Assembly: GCA_950097015.1 (NCBI GenBank)
Contig: CATNEN010000024.1
Coordinates: forward strand, 248,001-312,000
Source: Macrostomum hystrix
Lineage: Eukaryota; Animalia; Platyhelminthes
DNA length: 64,000 bases
Direction: 5' to 3'
Positions 12,048 through 24,500 of the stretch are shown here, in pieces. Position 1 is the stretch's first letter. The number at the start of each line of letters is the position of its first letter. The notes under the pieces are model-generated. The model had not been told where the DNA came from, ran no database searches, and was given only the letters and a program-made list of their open reading frames with translations. The position numbers were made by a program, and so were the translations under genes.

Positions 12048-13286
12048 TCAGCCAAGGATTCGATTTGTAGACTTGCAACAGTCCTCTTGTTGGTTGCCGG
12101 GCTCAAATATTTCAACGTTTGTTGCTAGCCGCTCCGCATTGGCAGCCTCCGCTGCCTCATTCAAAGAGTTTTGAACACTTAACTGCCAAGCAGCAGCGAC
12201 GTTAGGTCCATAGCTGATAGCGAATACCGCTGAATAAGTTGTTGCTCCAATTGTGGTTTCTACTGCGCCAGTGTCCCGCCTCTTTCCTGTATAGTGAAAT
12301 GTACTGCCAATTTCACGACGGCTGCATTCTTGGCTGCCGTAGCTTGCGACGCTGCCGCCAAAGAACACACCTAGAAAAGTACGCTTCGCCGCTTCACGAA
12401 ATTCTTTAGTCTTGAAGCCATAGATAAAAATATTAGCTACACTGTTAATCGTTGAGTAGCTCATGCTAAAATAGGCTAAAGTTAGCGTTAGCTCCGTGTC
12501 TTTTTGATTAATCCGCAACAGCTGTATAAGCCAGGTTGGTGCCCAGAAAGCATAGAAGACTAGCAGCACAATGCCAACGGTGACAGTTAATCGCCAGCTA
12601 CGCCGGCGTCGCCAGGCTTCACGGTTGTCGGCTCTGCTGCGTGCAGCCACAGGAGCCGTCAACACTGCCAGTCTGCTAAGATAGTCCATCTCCTGGCAGA
12701 TGCGGTTGCGCTGCTTTCTGGCAACTATATAAACAACAAAATAGCATGCTGTGGATGCCAGCTGCGTTGCCATGACACAGGCTGAAGCAAACCCGACGGC
12801 CCAACTCGGCAGAACCTCACGGGTGACGCAGCCACCATTAGGCGGTTTTTTAGCCGAGCCAAACACAATTCCCACCACTAAGGCTACGAACAAAGCTGGC
12901 GAAGCGGCTATTAGCAGGGCCACGCGTCCTTTGGTTAGCATGCGATTGTAGTGGATGGCGCATTTTATTGCTACGCATCGCTCAACGGAAATCAGCGCTA
13001 TACCAACTGTGGCAAAACCGATAGACCCATAGAAGGCTGTGAGAGCCAGCCGACAGGCTGTGAAATTGTTCGACAATCCTGGATAGTACACTATTGCAGT
13101 GAAGAAGACCACTCCCAGTCCGTAGCACATGTCGCACACAGCCAGGTTGCACACAAATGCGTAGGCGGTAGTGTGCAGGTTTCGATTGCGATGTACCACG
13201 TGCAGTATGGAGCTGTTGCTTAGCAATACAAGTATTACTAAGGCGCAGTTTAGCCAGCGCCAAATATCCAAGCACCATCCGGGCAT
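12048..13286 (-). CDS. Intronless class A GPCR (adenosine/amine/orphan-like), 412 aa
   Basis: Seven hydrophobic helices: TM1 N, TM2 NLAVCD, TM3 Cys and ISVERC (DRY variant), ECL2 Cys (GGCV), TM6 FWAP, TM7 NSVANIFIY, helix 8 KEFR. Confidence 0.92.
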   Translation of the reverse strand: MPGWCLDIWRWLNCALVILVLLSNSSILHVVHRNRNLHTTAYAFVCNLAVCDMCYGLGVVFFTAIVYYPGLSNNFTACRLALTAFYGSIGFATVGIALISVERCVAIKCAIHYNRMLTKGRVALLIAASPALFVALVVGIVFGSAKKPPNGGCVTREVLPSWAVGFASACVMATQLASTACYFVVYIVARKQRNRICQEMDYLSRLAVLTAPVAARSRADNREAWRRRRSWRLTVTVGIVLLVFYAFWAPTWLIQLLRINQKDTELTLTLAYFSMSYSTINSVANIFIYGFKTKEFREAAKRTFLGVFFGGSVASYGSQECSRREIGSTFHYTGKRRDTGAVETTIGATTYSAVFAISYGPNVAAAWQLSVQNSLNEAAEAANAERLATNVEIFEPGNQQEDCCKSTNRILG

Positions 13287-13728
13287 GCGAACAATTGAAA
13301 TCGTTTGGTTCTCTGTGAATTGAGTTTGGTGTTAGGTAGTAGGTAATGCGATTTTACGTATCACATTTGCTGCATTTATTTCAGATTTTAGGAAACGATG
13401 AAGCTGTTTAATTAATACTTTCTACTGCTCTAAAAGTTTACCTAAAATCTGCCGGAAAATTATGCATTTCTTTTTTGACACACGCAGAGTAAAGACCTAG
13501 GCTTGCCTTGCCCCTTTCTTCACTCTTTAGGATTTCCCACAATGAACCCTTCAACAAATGACACCAGAATCAAAGCCCTGTCTGTGATTTATTAGCAGCC
13601 ATGGCTGATGGGATAAAAAGTATTGAGTGGTTACACTAAATTATTATTGATGCTAATAATTTACGGGAATTGCACGTATGTGACAGCCTTATTTTAATTT
13701 AAATTCCGTTGGATTTCCTACCCGCCAG

Positions 13729-16700
13729 TCCATGCGCCTGCTGCCGACCCAACCGCACTGGCGTCTGGGGCTGCGATCTGGCCGCTGTTTTGCACCAGAC
13801 TGGCCTAACAGAGGCTCAGATTCTCTACTACGACTTCAGGGCCGAGGTTAATCAGGCCGCATTTTACCTGGCCAGGGATGACGAGCGGAAGTGCTTAGTG
13901 CTGGGCGTGCGAGGCACACTAAGCTTGTCGGTGAGTGGATATGGGCATTGTTAGGGTTTCATGTTTCGTGCACCTGTTGAGCCTGTTTGCCTGTCTTTCT
14001 GACTGAACTGACGCAAACGCGTGCTTTAAATTTACTTTAGTAATATTAAATTTTCGTGATTTTTACTCGTAAAACCATATTGCAAAGTGCCCTACAACCA
14101 TATCTATTCCCAATTATCCCACAAAACGATACCTATTCCTAAGTATCCCACAACCATAATGGCTCCATAATTTCCTACAAATCCCATATATCCTACCTAC
14201 TAACAACCTACTAAAAGAAAAATATATATAATAAAAGCCAAGCTAAAATCAGGAATATTCCTACCTGCACTTGACAGTAGGAACTGACTGGGCTGCATTG
14301 CTATTATTGATGCTGCGGATGCTGATGTTCTGATGTCTAGTCTTGTCTTCTGTCTCTTATCCTCCGAGGAAGCCGTCAGTTTGGGGAATTCAGAATTTAA
14401 TAAGAGCAACTAAAAAGGAATCTATAAGAAATCAGGCTGCATTTCTCTGTAGCCTTGATTTCTGTAAAAAACATTTCCGGTTTAAGTGTCCGCTCTAAGA
14501 ACTGTGCCCTGACAATAACGACGGCTTTTACGCGGTACTTCAAGCATCGCGCCATGGATAAGGCCTTATCTTATTCATCTCGGTCTATGCCAACACTTGT
14601 GCCACTCTGCTACCGTAGGTTGACGCACAAGCCTTCTTTATTTGTCCCTAAGTTTATCACACCCTTCTTTTTCATCCCCATTCCGACATCCCAATGAATC
14701 TCTTTGATTCCCCCATCTTCATTGCGCCGTGCAAACTGACCTTAACCAACTAGATTCGAATGCAAATTTTATTGGCCTTCATTTTGGATGGTTAACAAAA
14801 AACTTGTGCGTGACATCGGCTCGCTTTATGTGCTTCTGTTGCTCTTTAAAAAAACTTATGAATATCGCGAGATTTACAAAATAGTCACACCCCCTTATTT
14901 CTAGTTTCCTCCTGAACTTTTCCAACCATTGTTTTGCCAAATGGTTTTCTACTATTTCTAGAAATAGTAGAAATGACGGGCACCAGATTCTAGTATTGTT
15001 TGTCATTTCACTTTTTTTTAGTTTAATAAAAATTTTATGTTGACCCTGTGTTTATGGGATTATGCTTATTCCTATGTTACCTCACTAGGGTAAACTCTAC
15101 AGTCTATCAATCTATCAACTAATAGGCCTTTTCTGACTGCATCTGCTTGGGACCGAGTTTTGACAAGTTCGTAAATCCCTCTCTGTATACAACATAGCCC
15201 TTAGAGAGGGACGTCAGTCAGTCAGTCAGTCAGGCAGTCAGTCAGTCAGTCAATCAGTCAGTCAGTCAGTCAGTCAGTCAGTCAGTCAGGCAGGCAGTCA
15301 GGCAGTCAGTCAGTCAGTCAGTCAGTCAGGCAGTCAGTCAGTCAGTCAATCAGTCAGTCAGTCAGTCAGGCAGTCAGTCAGTCAGTCAATCAGTCAGTCA
15401 GTCAGTCAGGCAGTCAGTCAGTCAGTCAGTCAGTCAGTCAGTCAGTCAGGCAGTCAGGCAGTCAGGCAGTCAGTCAGTCAGTCAATCAGTCAGTCAGTCA
15501 GTCAGTCAGTCAGTCAGTCAGGCAGGCAGTCAGTCAGTCAGTCAGTCAGGCAGGCAGGCAGTCAGGCAGTCAGTTAGTCAGTCAGTCAGTCAGTCAGTCA
15601 GTCAGTCAACCCCAACCACCCGCAGGACGCCCTGACGGACCTGCAGGTTGCCATGGTGCAGGTGGACGCCTCGAACCCGGCCTACCAGGCGCACGCCGGC
15701 ATGGTGCAGTGCGCCCGAGCGATCGCGGCCAAAGTCTCCGAGTCGGTGCTGCAGGCGGCTGTGGACGAGAATCCAGACTATCGCCTCGTCGTGGTCGGCC
15801 ACAGCCTCGGCGCCGGAGTTGCCGCCCTGCTTGGCCACCTGCTGCGACGCCAGCACCCGAGACTGGTCTGCTACTGCTACTCCCCGCCTCTGCAGGTTGT
15901 CACGTGAGTCTGAGCAGCCTGGCTCAATCTGCCGAATCCCACAAACTGTCACTGCCGAATCCCACACCCTATCACTGCCGAATCCCACACCGTCACTGCC
16001 GAATCCCACAAACTGTCACTGCCGAATCCCACACCCTATCACTGCCGAATCCCACACCGTCACTGCCGAATCCCACAAACTGTCACTGCCGGATCGCACA
16101 CCCTGTCACTACCGAATCCCACACATGTCACTGCCGAATCCGACACCCTGTCACTACCGAATCCCACACATGTCACTGCCGAATCCAACACCCTGTCACT
16201 GCCGAATCCCACATCCTGTCACTGCTGAATCACACACCCTGTCACTGCCGAATCCCACATCCTGTCACTGCCGAATCCCACACCCTGTCACTGCCGAATC
16301 GCACACATGTCACTGCCGAATCCCACACCCTATCACTGCCGAATCCTACACCCTGCACCCTGTCACTGCCGGATCGCACACCCTGTCACTACCGAATCCC
16401 ACACATGTCACTGCCGAATCAAACACCCTGTCACTGCCGAATCCCACATCCTGTCACTGCTGAATCACACACCCTGTCACTGCCAAATCCCATATCCTGT
16501 CACTGCTGAATCACACACCCTGTCACTGCCGAATCACACACCCTGTCACTACCGAATCCCACTCATGTCACTGCCGAATCCCACACCCTGTCACTGCCGA
16601 ATCCCACACCCTGTCACTGCCGAATCCTACACCCTGCACCCTGTCACTGCCGAATCGCACACCCTGTCACTACCGAATCCTACACATGTCACTGCCGAAT

Positions 16701-19700
16701 CCAACACCCTGTGACTGCCGAATCCCACATCCTGTCACTGCTGAATCACACACCCTGTCACTGTCGAATCACACACCCTGTCACTACCGAATCCCACACA
16801 TGTCACTGCCGAATCCCACACCCTGTCACTGCCGAATCCCACACCCTGTCACTGCCGAATCCCACATCCTGTCACTGCTGAATCACACACCCTGTCACTG
16901 CCGAATCCCATATCCTGTCACTGCCGAATCCCACACCCTATCACTGCCGAATCCTACACCCTGCACCCTGTCACTGCCGGATCGCACACCCTGTCACTAC
17001 CGAATCCCACACATGTCACTGCCGAATCCAACACCCTGTCACTGCCGAATCCCACATCCTGTCACTGCTGAATCACACACCCTGTCACTGCCGAATCCCA
17101 TATCCTGTCACTGCTGAATCACACACCCTGTCACTGCCGAATCCCACACCCTGTCACTGCCGAATCCCACACCCTGTCACTGCCGAATCCTACACCCTGC
17201 ACCCTGTCACTGCCGAATCGCACACCCTGTCACTACCGAATCCTACACATGTCACTGCCGAATCCAACACCCTGTGACTGCCGAATCCCACATCCTGTCA
17301 CTGCTGAATCACACACCCTGTCACTGTCGAATCACACACCCTGTCACTGCCGAATCCCACATCCTGTCACTGCTGAATCACACACCCTGTCACTGCCGAA
17401 TCCCATATCCTGTCACTGCTGAATCACACACCCTGTCACTGCCGAATCGCACACCCTGTCACTGCTGAATCCTACACATGTCACTGCCGAATCCCACATC
17501 CTGTCACTGCTGAATCACACACCCTGTCACTGCCGAATCCTACACCCTGCACCCTGTCACTGCCGAATCGCACACCCTGTCACTACCGAATCCTACACAT
17601 GTCACTGCCGAATCCCACATCCTGTCACTGCTGAATCACACACCCTGTCACTGCCGAATCCCACATCCTGTCACTGCTGAATCACACACCCTGTCACTGT
17701 CGAATCACACACCCTGTCACTACCGAATCCCACACATGTCACTGCCGAATCCCACACCCTGTCACTGCCGAATCCCACACATGTCACTGCCGAATCCCAC
17801 ACCCTGTCACTGCCGAATCCCACATCCTGTCACTGCTGAATCACACACCCTGTCACTGCCGAATCCCATATCCTGTCACTGCTGAATCACACACCCTGTC
17901 ACTGCCGAATCCCAAACCCTGCACCCTGTCACTGCCGAATCCCAAACCCTGTACCCTGTCACTGCCGAATCCCAAACCCTGTACCCTGTCACTGCCGAAT
18001 CCCAAACCCTGCACCCTGTCACTGCCGAATCCCAAACCCTGTACCCTGTCACTGCCGAATCCCAAACCCTGTACCCTGTCACTGCCGAATCCCAAACCCT
18101 GTACCCTGTCACTGCCGAATCCCAAACCCTGTACCCTGTCACTGCCGAATCACACACCCTGTCACTGCCGAATCCCACTCCCTGTCACTGCCGAATCCCA
18201 CACCCTGTCACTGACGAATCCCACACCCTGTCACTGCTGAATCCTACACCCTGTTACTGCAAATCCTGCAAAATCCACACCCAGTCAATTTCCCATCTTA
18301 CACTCTGTCACTAATATCCCGCAACAACTCGATTTCGAAACCCTCAAACTGTAATTACAGTCCGATTTTCGCCGATTTCTGCAAACAATTTGTCTGTTGC
18401 TGCTGCCTCGGCGAAGATATTATTAGCCACATGAATATCACCAACATCAATGACTTTCAAGACCGCTTGCTGTGTGCCTTGTATAGGTGCAACGGACCCA
18501 AGGTGATTTCTAGATATAAAATACTGTATTATGCATGCAGTGCCTGCTGCTCACACAATGCTTTAACCGCGTCTCATCTCTCTACTGTCTCATCTCTGTC
18601 GTGTCTCATCTCTGTCGTGTCTCATCTCTGTCGTGTCTCATCTCTGTCGTGTCTCATCACTGTCATGTCTCATCTCGACGTATCTCATCTCTCCCCTGTC
18701 TTATCTCTCCCCTGTCTTATCTCCCCTGTCTTAACTCTCCCCTGTCTCATCTCTCCCCTGTCTTAACTCTCCCCTGTCTTAACTCTCCCCTGTCTCATCT
18801 CTCCCCTGTCTTAACTCTCCCCTGTCTTATCTCTCCCCTGTCTTATCTCTACCCTGTCTTATCTCTACCCTGTCTTATCTCTACCCTGTCTTATCTCTCC
18901 CCTGTCTTATCTCTCCCCTGTCTTATCTCTCCCCTGTCTTATCTCTACCCTGTCTTATCTCTACCCTGTCTTATCTCTACCCTGTCTTATCTCTACCCTG
19001 TCTTATCTCTCCCCTGTCTTATCTCTCCCCTTTCTTATCTCTCCCCTGTCTTAACTCTCCCCTGTCTTAACTCTCCCCTGTCTTAACTCTCCCTTGTCTC
19101 ATCTATCCCGCGTCTCATCTCTTCCCTGTCGTAACTCTCCCCTGTCTTAACTCTCCCCTGTCTTATCTCTACCCTGTCTTATCTCTCCCTTGTGTCATCT
19201 CTGTCGTGTCTCATCACTGTCATGTCTCATCTCGACGTATCTCATCTCTCCCCTGTCTTATCTCTCCCCTGTCTTATCTCCCCTGTCTTAACTCTCCCCT
19301 GTCTCATCTCTCCCCTGTCTTATCTCTACCCTGTCTTATCTCTACCCTGTCTTATCTCCCCTGTCTTAACTCTCCCCTGTCTCATCTCTCCCCTGTCTTA
19401 TCTCTCCCCTGTCTTATCTCTACCCTGTCTTATCTCTACCCTGTCTTATCTCTACCCTGTCTTATCTCTACCCTGTCTTATCTCTCCCCTGTCTTATCTC
19501 TCCCCTGTCTTATCTCTCCCCTGTCTTATCTCTCCCCTGTCTTATCTCTCCCCTGTCTTAACTCTCCCCTGTCTTAACTCTCCCTTGTCTCATCTATCCC
19601 GCGTCTCATCTCTTCCCTGTATTAACTCTCCCCTGTCTTATCTCTACCCTGTCTTATCTCTCCCTTGTGTCATCTCTGTCGTGTCTCATCTCTGTCGTGT

Positions 19701-20885
19701 CTCATCTCGACGTATCTCATCTGTCCCCTGTCTTATCTCTCCCCTGTCTTATCTCTACCCTGTCTTAACTCTCCCCTGTCTCATCTCTCCCCTGTCTTAT
19801 CTCTACCCTGTCTTAACTCTCCCCTGTCTTAACTCTCCCTTGTGTCATCTCTGTCGTGTCTCATCTCTGTCGTGTCTCATCTCTGTCGTGTCTCATCTCT
19901 GTCATGTCTCATCTGTCGTGTCTCATCTCTGTCGTGTCTCATCACTGTCATGTCTCATCTCGACGTATCTCATCTGTCCCCTGTCTTATCTCTCTCCTGT
20001 CTCAACTCTCCCCTGTCTCATCTCTCCCCTGTCTCAACTCTCCCCTGTCTTATCTCTCCCCTGTCTTAACTCTCCCTTGTCTCATCTTCCCTCATGTCAA
20101 TCTGGCACGCAGAGATATTTGTGACCCGCGAGTTATTCTCGTACAATGTTTTGGACCACTACTGTAACCAATGGCTTGTGACAATGGCAATGAAATTCCT
20201 TGGCACAATGTGCTCACAGTTCCGCATGTTCCTGTCTTCGCTGGCTACTCTCGGCGGCAGCGGTGGTGACGCCGGCGTAGTCGACGGCTTCGGAAACATC
20301 GGCGAGAGAAGAGCTGCCGGTGGCTACGCTTCGATACCGAGTGCCGGTCACAGTGATGACGAAGGGTCAATCGTGACAGCCGCGGCGGCGACGGCTCCGG
20401 CCGCAGCGTCGAGCTCGGAGGAAGTCAACAGGGAGAAGGAATTGGACGGCGGCTCACTGCTCAGCCGGGCCAAAGCGGCCTTCCGCATCAGCCAACAGCA
20501 GCCGCGGTCGCAGTCTGATGACGATGTCGTCGGTGTACTGCAGGACCAGCAGCACCGGCCTTCTAATCAGTTCGCGCCGCCCAGCCTTCACAGCTGTTTC
20601 TATAGCAGCCAACCGGCTGCCGTGTTCCCCGGCCGGATGTTGCACATGGTGCCCTCCGGCAGCCAGGTTGCTATGCGATACGCCCAGCTCAGAAACACTG
20701 GCGCATTGTCGGCAACCAATGCCGCAGCCGGCAGCCGCGGTGCTGCCCTGGCTGCGGTCTGGTCGAGTCCGGACTATTTTTGTCACATGCAGCTGACCCG
20801 AGCCTCCCTGATGCACCACCTGCCGCACAGTATTTCAGGCGCCTTGCGTCACCTGGACAGCGTCACACCTTCAATTAGCGCGTGA
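13729..20885 (+). CDS. DAGL: Diacylglycerol lipase (lipase class 3, short C-tail, DAGL-beta-like); 3' four exons only
   Basis: Phase-consistent GT/AG exons 13729-13930, 15626-15903, 18361-18502, 20220-20885. Motifs VRGTLSLS|DALTDL, HAGM, VVVGHSLGAG (catalytic Ser), YSPP, LGEDII (catalytic Asp), FPGRMLH and MHHLP (catalytic His). The N-terminal transmembrane exons were not found in the window. Confidence 0.9.
15213..15608 (+). repeat. (CAGT)n/(CAGG)n microsatellite in a DAGL intron, ending about 17 nt before the acceptor
   Basis: Directly visible. Confidence 0.97.
15930..18260 (+). repeat. About 2.3-kb 23-bp minisatellite (CTGTCACTGCCGAATCCCACACC)n with 21- and 30-bp variants, DAGL intron
   Basis: Visible tandem units between donor 15904 and acceptor 18360; source of the spurious CHCRIPHPVTAESHTLSLPNPTP ORFs. 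Confidence 0.95.
18569..20093 (+). repeat. 16-bp minisatellite (CTCTCCCCTGTCTTAT)n, related to the hAT-borne family, DAGL intron
   Basis: Visible tandem units with internal block duplications (CACTGTCATGTCTCATCTCGACGTATC recurs). Confidence 0.95.
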
Positions 20886-21069
20886 TTTCAGTCCCTAATT
20901 GCTGAACAAATATTTGAGTTCTTAATCGGATCTAGCAAACAAATGTACGATCTATAAATCCTATTTCGAACCTGCATGTAGATTCTGTACAGGATTTATA
21001 ATAACCTCATCAGAACTGATAAATCCCTTCCATTGATATATCGATCCCTAATAGAAATCTAATAATCCC

Positions 21070-21210
21070 TGATGTAGATCTATCAATACTCAACAGATCT
21101 ATCAATGCTCAATAGATCTATCAATGCTCAACAGATCTATCACTCCTCAACAGATTTATCAATCCTCAGTAGATCTACTCAGTAGATTCAGTAGATTTTC
21201 AGTAGATTCT
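21070..21210 (+). repeat. Short degenerate 21-bp repeat (CTCAACAGATCTATCAATG-like) between DAGL and ERGIC3
   Basis: About five visible degenerate units. Confidence 0.7.
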
Positions 21211-21515
21211 CCTGATAAAATCTGCGAAGCCTTTCTAACCCGCACAGATTCCATAATGATGGAGCATAGAGGCGGGAGGAATGCGGATGGCTAATAAAAC
21301 TGATTGCGCACAGATATTAACTTAGCGCTGCTCTGTTTTTATCGCCTTAAATTTTTTTGGCTCCATATCATTTTCCTTTTTTCATTCATTGTTTAATTTT
21401 AAAATCGCGTTTTTATTACTTTTTCAGTCCTGCAGAAGAATTTTGACCGCAATTTTCGCATATTTCTACTGCAACTAGTAAATCGCGCCTGATTGATTAA
21501 TTATTGATAAAGAAA

Positions 21516-24500
21516 ATGTCCGCCAACGTGACTAAGAGCCTGTCGGCGCTGAAGCGACTGGACGTTTATTCCAAGCCGCTTGAGGAACTGCGAATTCGAA
21601 CCCTCGGCGGAGCCCTAATCTCCCTGATCAGCGCCATCCTCATGTTCGGCCTATTCGTATCCGAGCTGCGCCTCTACCTGAGCACCGATCTCAACCAGGA
21701 GATATTTGTCGATGTCACCAGGGGCAACAAGATGCAAATCAATCTAAACATCAGCTTCCCGGCAATGCCTTGCGACTTTCTAACCCTGGACTCCATGGAC
21801 GTGTCCGGCGAGCAGCACATTGACATTGCGCACGACCTGTACAAGACTAGGCTGGATAGCGACGGTCGCGAGATTGGCAAACAGGAGAAAACTCAGGTCT
21901 GCGTGTTCAATTGTATATTTATTTTCCTATTTTAAACTCTGAAATTTCCTAACATAAAAATAACTATTCTCAGAAAGTTTGGAAAATTGTATCCGAAAAA
22001 TTCCATATCCATGCCCGAATCTCCGAAATCAAGAATCTTTGAAAACGTCAAATCGTCAAAATCACGAAACTTCGGAATCCCAAATCTTCAAAATCCCGCA
22101 TCCCGAATCCCGATTTAGATAAAACTCTATAAATCCCGAATCCTTGAAATCCTGAAAATTCTAAATCCCCGAAACTTTGAAATCCTAAAAATTCTAAATC
22201 CCCGAAACTTTGAAATCCAGAATATTCTAAATCCCTGAAACTTTGAAATCCAGAAAATTCTAAATCCCCGAAACTTTGCAATCCAGAAAATTCTAAATCC
22301 CTGAAACTTTGAAATCCTAAAAATTCTAAATCCCCGAAACTTTGAAATCCAGAATATTCTAAATCCCTGAAACTTTGAAATCCAGAAAATTCTAAATCCC
22401 CGAAACTTTGAAATCCTGAAAATTCTAAATCCCTGAAACTTTGAAATCCTGAAAATTCTAAATCCCCGAAACTTTGAAATCTAGAATATTCTAAATCCCC
22501 GAAACTTTGAAATCCTGAAAATTCTAAATCCCCGAAACTTTGAAATCCTGAAAATTCTAAATCCCCGAAACTTTGAAATCCAGAATATTCTAAATCCCCG
22601 AAACTTTGAAATCCAGAAAATTCTAAATCCCCGAAACTTTGCAATCCTGAAAATTCTAAATCCCCGAAACTTTGAAATCCAGAAAATTCTAAATCCCCGA
22701 AACTTTGCAATCCTGAAAATTCTAAATCCCCGAAACTTTGAAATCCAGAAAATTCTAAATCCCCGAAACTTTGAAATCCAGAAAATTCTTAATCCCTGAA
22801 ACTTTGAAATCCAGAATATTCTAAATCCCCGAAACTTTAAAATCCTGAAAATTCTAAATCCCCGAAACTTTGAAATCCTGAAAATTCTAAATCCCTGAAA
22901 CTTTGAAATCCTGAAAATTCTAAATCCCCGAAACTTTGAAATCTAGAATATTCTAAATCCCCGAAACTTTGAAATCCTGAAAATTCTAAATCCCCGAAAC
23001 TTTGCAATCCAGAAAATTCTAAATCCCTAAAACTTTGAAATCCTGAAAATTCTAAATCCCTGAAACTTTGAAATCCTAAAAATTCTAAATCCCTGAAACT
23101 TTGAAATCCTGAAAATTCTAAATCCCTGAAACTTTGAAATCCTGAAAATTCTAAATCCCCGAAACTTTGCAATCCTGAAAATTCTAAATCCCTGAAACAT
23201 TTTAAAATCCTAAAAATTCTAAATCCCCGAAACTTTAAAATCCTGAAAATTCTAAATCCCTGAAACATTTTAAAATCCTGAAAATTTTAAATCCCCGAAA
23301 CTTTGCAATCCTGAAAATTCTAAATCCCCGAAACTTTGAAATCCAGAAAATTCTAAATCCCGGAAACTTTGAAATCCTGAAAATTCTAAATCCCCGAAAC
23401 TTAGAAATCCAGAAAATTCTAAATCCCGGAAACTTTGCAATCCTAAAAATTCTAAATCCCCGAAACTTTGCAATCCTGAAAATTCTAAATCCCGGAAACT
23501 TTGCAATCCTAAAAATTCTAAATCCCTGAAACTTTGAAATCCTGAAAATTCTAAATCCCCGAAACTTTAAAATCCTGAAAATTCTAAATCCCCGAAACTT
23601 TGAAATCCTGAAAATTCTAAATCCCTGAAACTTTGAAATCCTGAAAATTCTAAATCCCCGAAACTTTGAAATCTAGAATATTCTAAATCCCCGAAACTTT
23701 GAAATCCTGAAAATTCTAAATCCCCGAAACTTTGCAATCCAGAAAATTCTAAATCCCTAAAACTTTGAAATCCTGAAAATTCTAAATCCCTGAAACTTTG
23801 AAATCCTAAAAATTCTAAATCCCTGAAACTTTGAAATCCTGAAAATTCTAAATCCCCGAAACTTTGCAATCCTGAAAATTCTAAATCCCGGAAACTTTGA
23901 AATCCTGAAAATTCTAAATCCCCGAATCTTTGAAATCCTAAAAAATTCTAAATCCCTGAAACTTTGAAATCCAGAATATTCTAAATCCCCGAAATTTTGA
24001 AATCCTGAAAATTCTAAATCCCTGAAAATTTTGAACTACCAAAACTACGAATCTTCGAAAAACTCATTTAAAAAATCTGAGCTTGAAAATCCCGCGTCTT
24101 AAAATATTGGAGGACTCAAGAAAGTATTTTATAATCCTAGGAAAATGTGTCCCCACAAAGCTTCTATTGGCAGAAAATTTTAGACCTGTTTTTCGAAAGC
24201 TCCGAATCTTCCTGCTGTTTTAACTTCTCTATAAATAGCATGCCAACAATTCTGAGCGTGCCACAGAAGCCGGGTGTCATTTTTCTAGGAATTCTTTAAT
24301 TACTAAACCCAGGTAAACACAGCCAAGCCGGGTAACGCTTCAACTGTTAGCAAAGACGCCGGCGCCGCTGCCGCTGCGGAGGCGGCCACCGCGGCGCCCT
24401 CGGCGCCATCCTGCGGCTCCTGCTACGGAGCCGAGACGGCCGAGCGGCGCTGCTGCAACACCTGCAACGACATTCGCGAGGCCTACAGACTAAAGGGCTG

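Noticed and set aside
15648-20124. Cys/His/Pro-rich ORFs resembling metal-binding proteins
   Set aside because: They lie in DAGL introns bounded by phase-compatible GT/AG sites and simply translate 23-bp and 16-bp repeats.
20094-20219. 5' part of the 20094-20885 ORF as DAGL coding sequence
   Set aside because: A phase-0 acceptor at 20219/20220 gives K|FRMFL, matching the DAGL KxxIL pattern; the upstream part is intron read-through.
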